64,000 nucleotides of DNA. It comes from Pseudomonadales bacterium. Its GTDB lineage: Bacteria; Pseudomonadota; Gammaproteobacteria; Pseudomonadales; Azotimanducaceae. Of this stretch, positions 63,893 to 64,000 are shown piece after piece. The notes beneath the pieces are model-generated. The model saw only the letters and a list, made by a program, of their open reading frames with translations. It was not told the origin of the DNA and ran no database searches. Position 1 is the first letter of the stretch; each line of letters starts with the position of its first letter. The stretch covers positions 3,520,183-3,584,182 of the forward strand of contig OZ254080.1 in assembly GCA_965267485.1 (NCBI GenBank), read 5' to 3'. The position numbers were made by a program, and so were the translations under genes.

Positions 63893-64000
63893 GTCATCAG
63901 CCAAAGAGGAAGGGGGTCAATTTTACTCCGACGATATCGGACAAAAAGGGGTCAATTTTCAACCGGCGTTGACACTCTGTAGGACATTGGCCCGGCCTGC

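Overview
High-GC, gene-dense chromosomal window of gammaproteobacterial type, with many stop/start overlaps between neighbouring genes. All family names come from motif recognition by eye; no searches were run. Contents in order:
- 1.3-3.3 kb: a DUF2064 / family-2 glycosyltransferase / CoA-binding operon split by a MITE, then tRNA-Arg(CCT).
- 3.5-15.8 kb: an 11-gene MSHA-like type IV pilus operon (ExeA/MshM-like ATPase, lipoprotein secretin, GspB/MshN-like TPR protein, MshE-like ATPase, GspF platform, assembly proteins, PilX-like protein, two prepilins).
- 15.9-23.1 kb: orphan histidine kinase and housekeeping genes (methyltransferase, GNAT, two SDRs, gdhA, Fe-S photolyase).
- 24.9-43.7 kb: an almost entirely exported-protein region and the best candidate for an undescribed system. 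It holds four LPP20-like proteins, a DUF4384 protein, a DUF799-FN3-beta-helix lipoprotein, an MltC-like transglycosylase, an Mla/MCE-like transporter whose ATPase has lost its catalytic motifs, TPR proteins, and a divergently transcribed exported caspase-SH3-Sel1 protein with a Sel1/PG-binding partner.
- 43.8-59.5 kb: MFS transporter, DUF3501 / CCG Fe-S / rubrerythrin triad, class IV aminotransferase, aldehyde dehydrogenase, a cupredoxin / GGDEF-EAL / DUF3034 / lipoprotein truncated-globin module, a pseudouridine synthase and oadGAB.
- 59.6 kb to the end: tRNA-Arg(ACG) and tRNA-Ser(GCT), then an AT-richer islet with two secreted proteins and an IS3 fragment abutted by an IS21 element.
Non-coding highlights:
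- Two different MITEs, each flanked by CTAG so that neighbouring stop and start codons are preserved.
- A GGGTCTGACCC-based repeat family at four intergenic loci.
- A perfect 30-bp inverted repeat.
- A near-consensus sigma-54 promoter.
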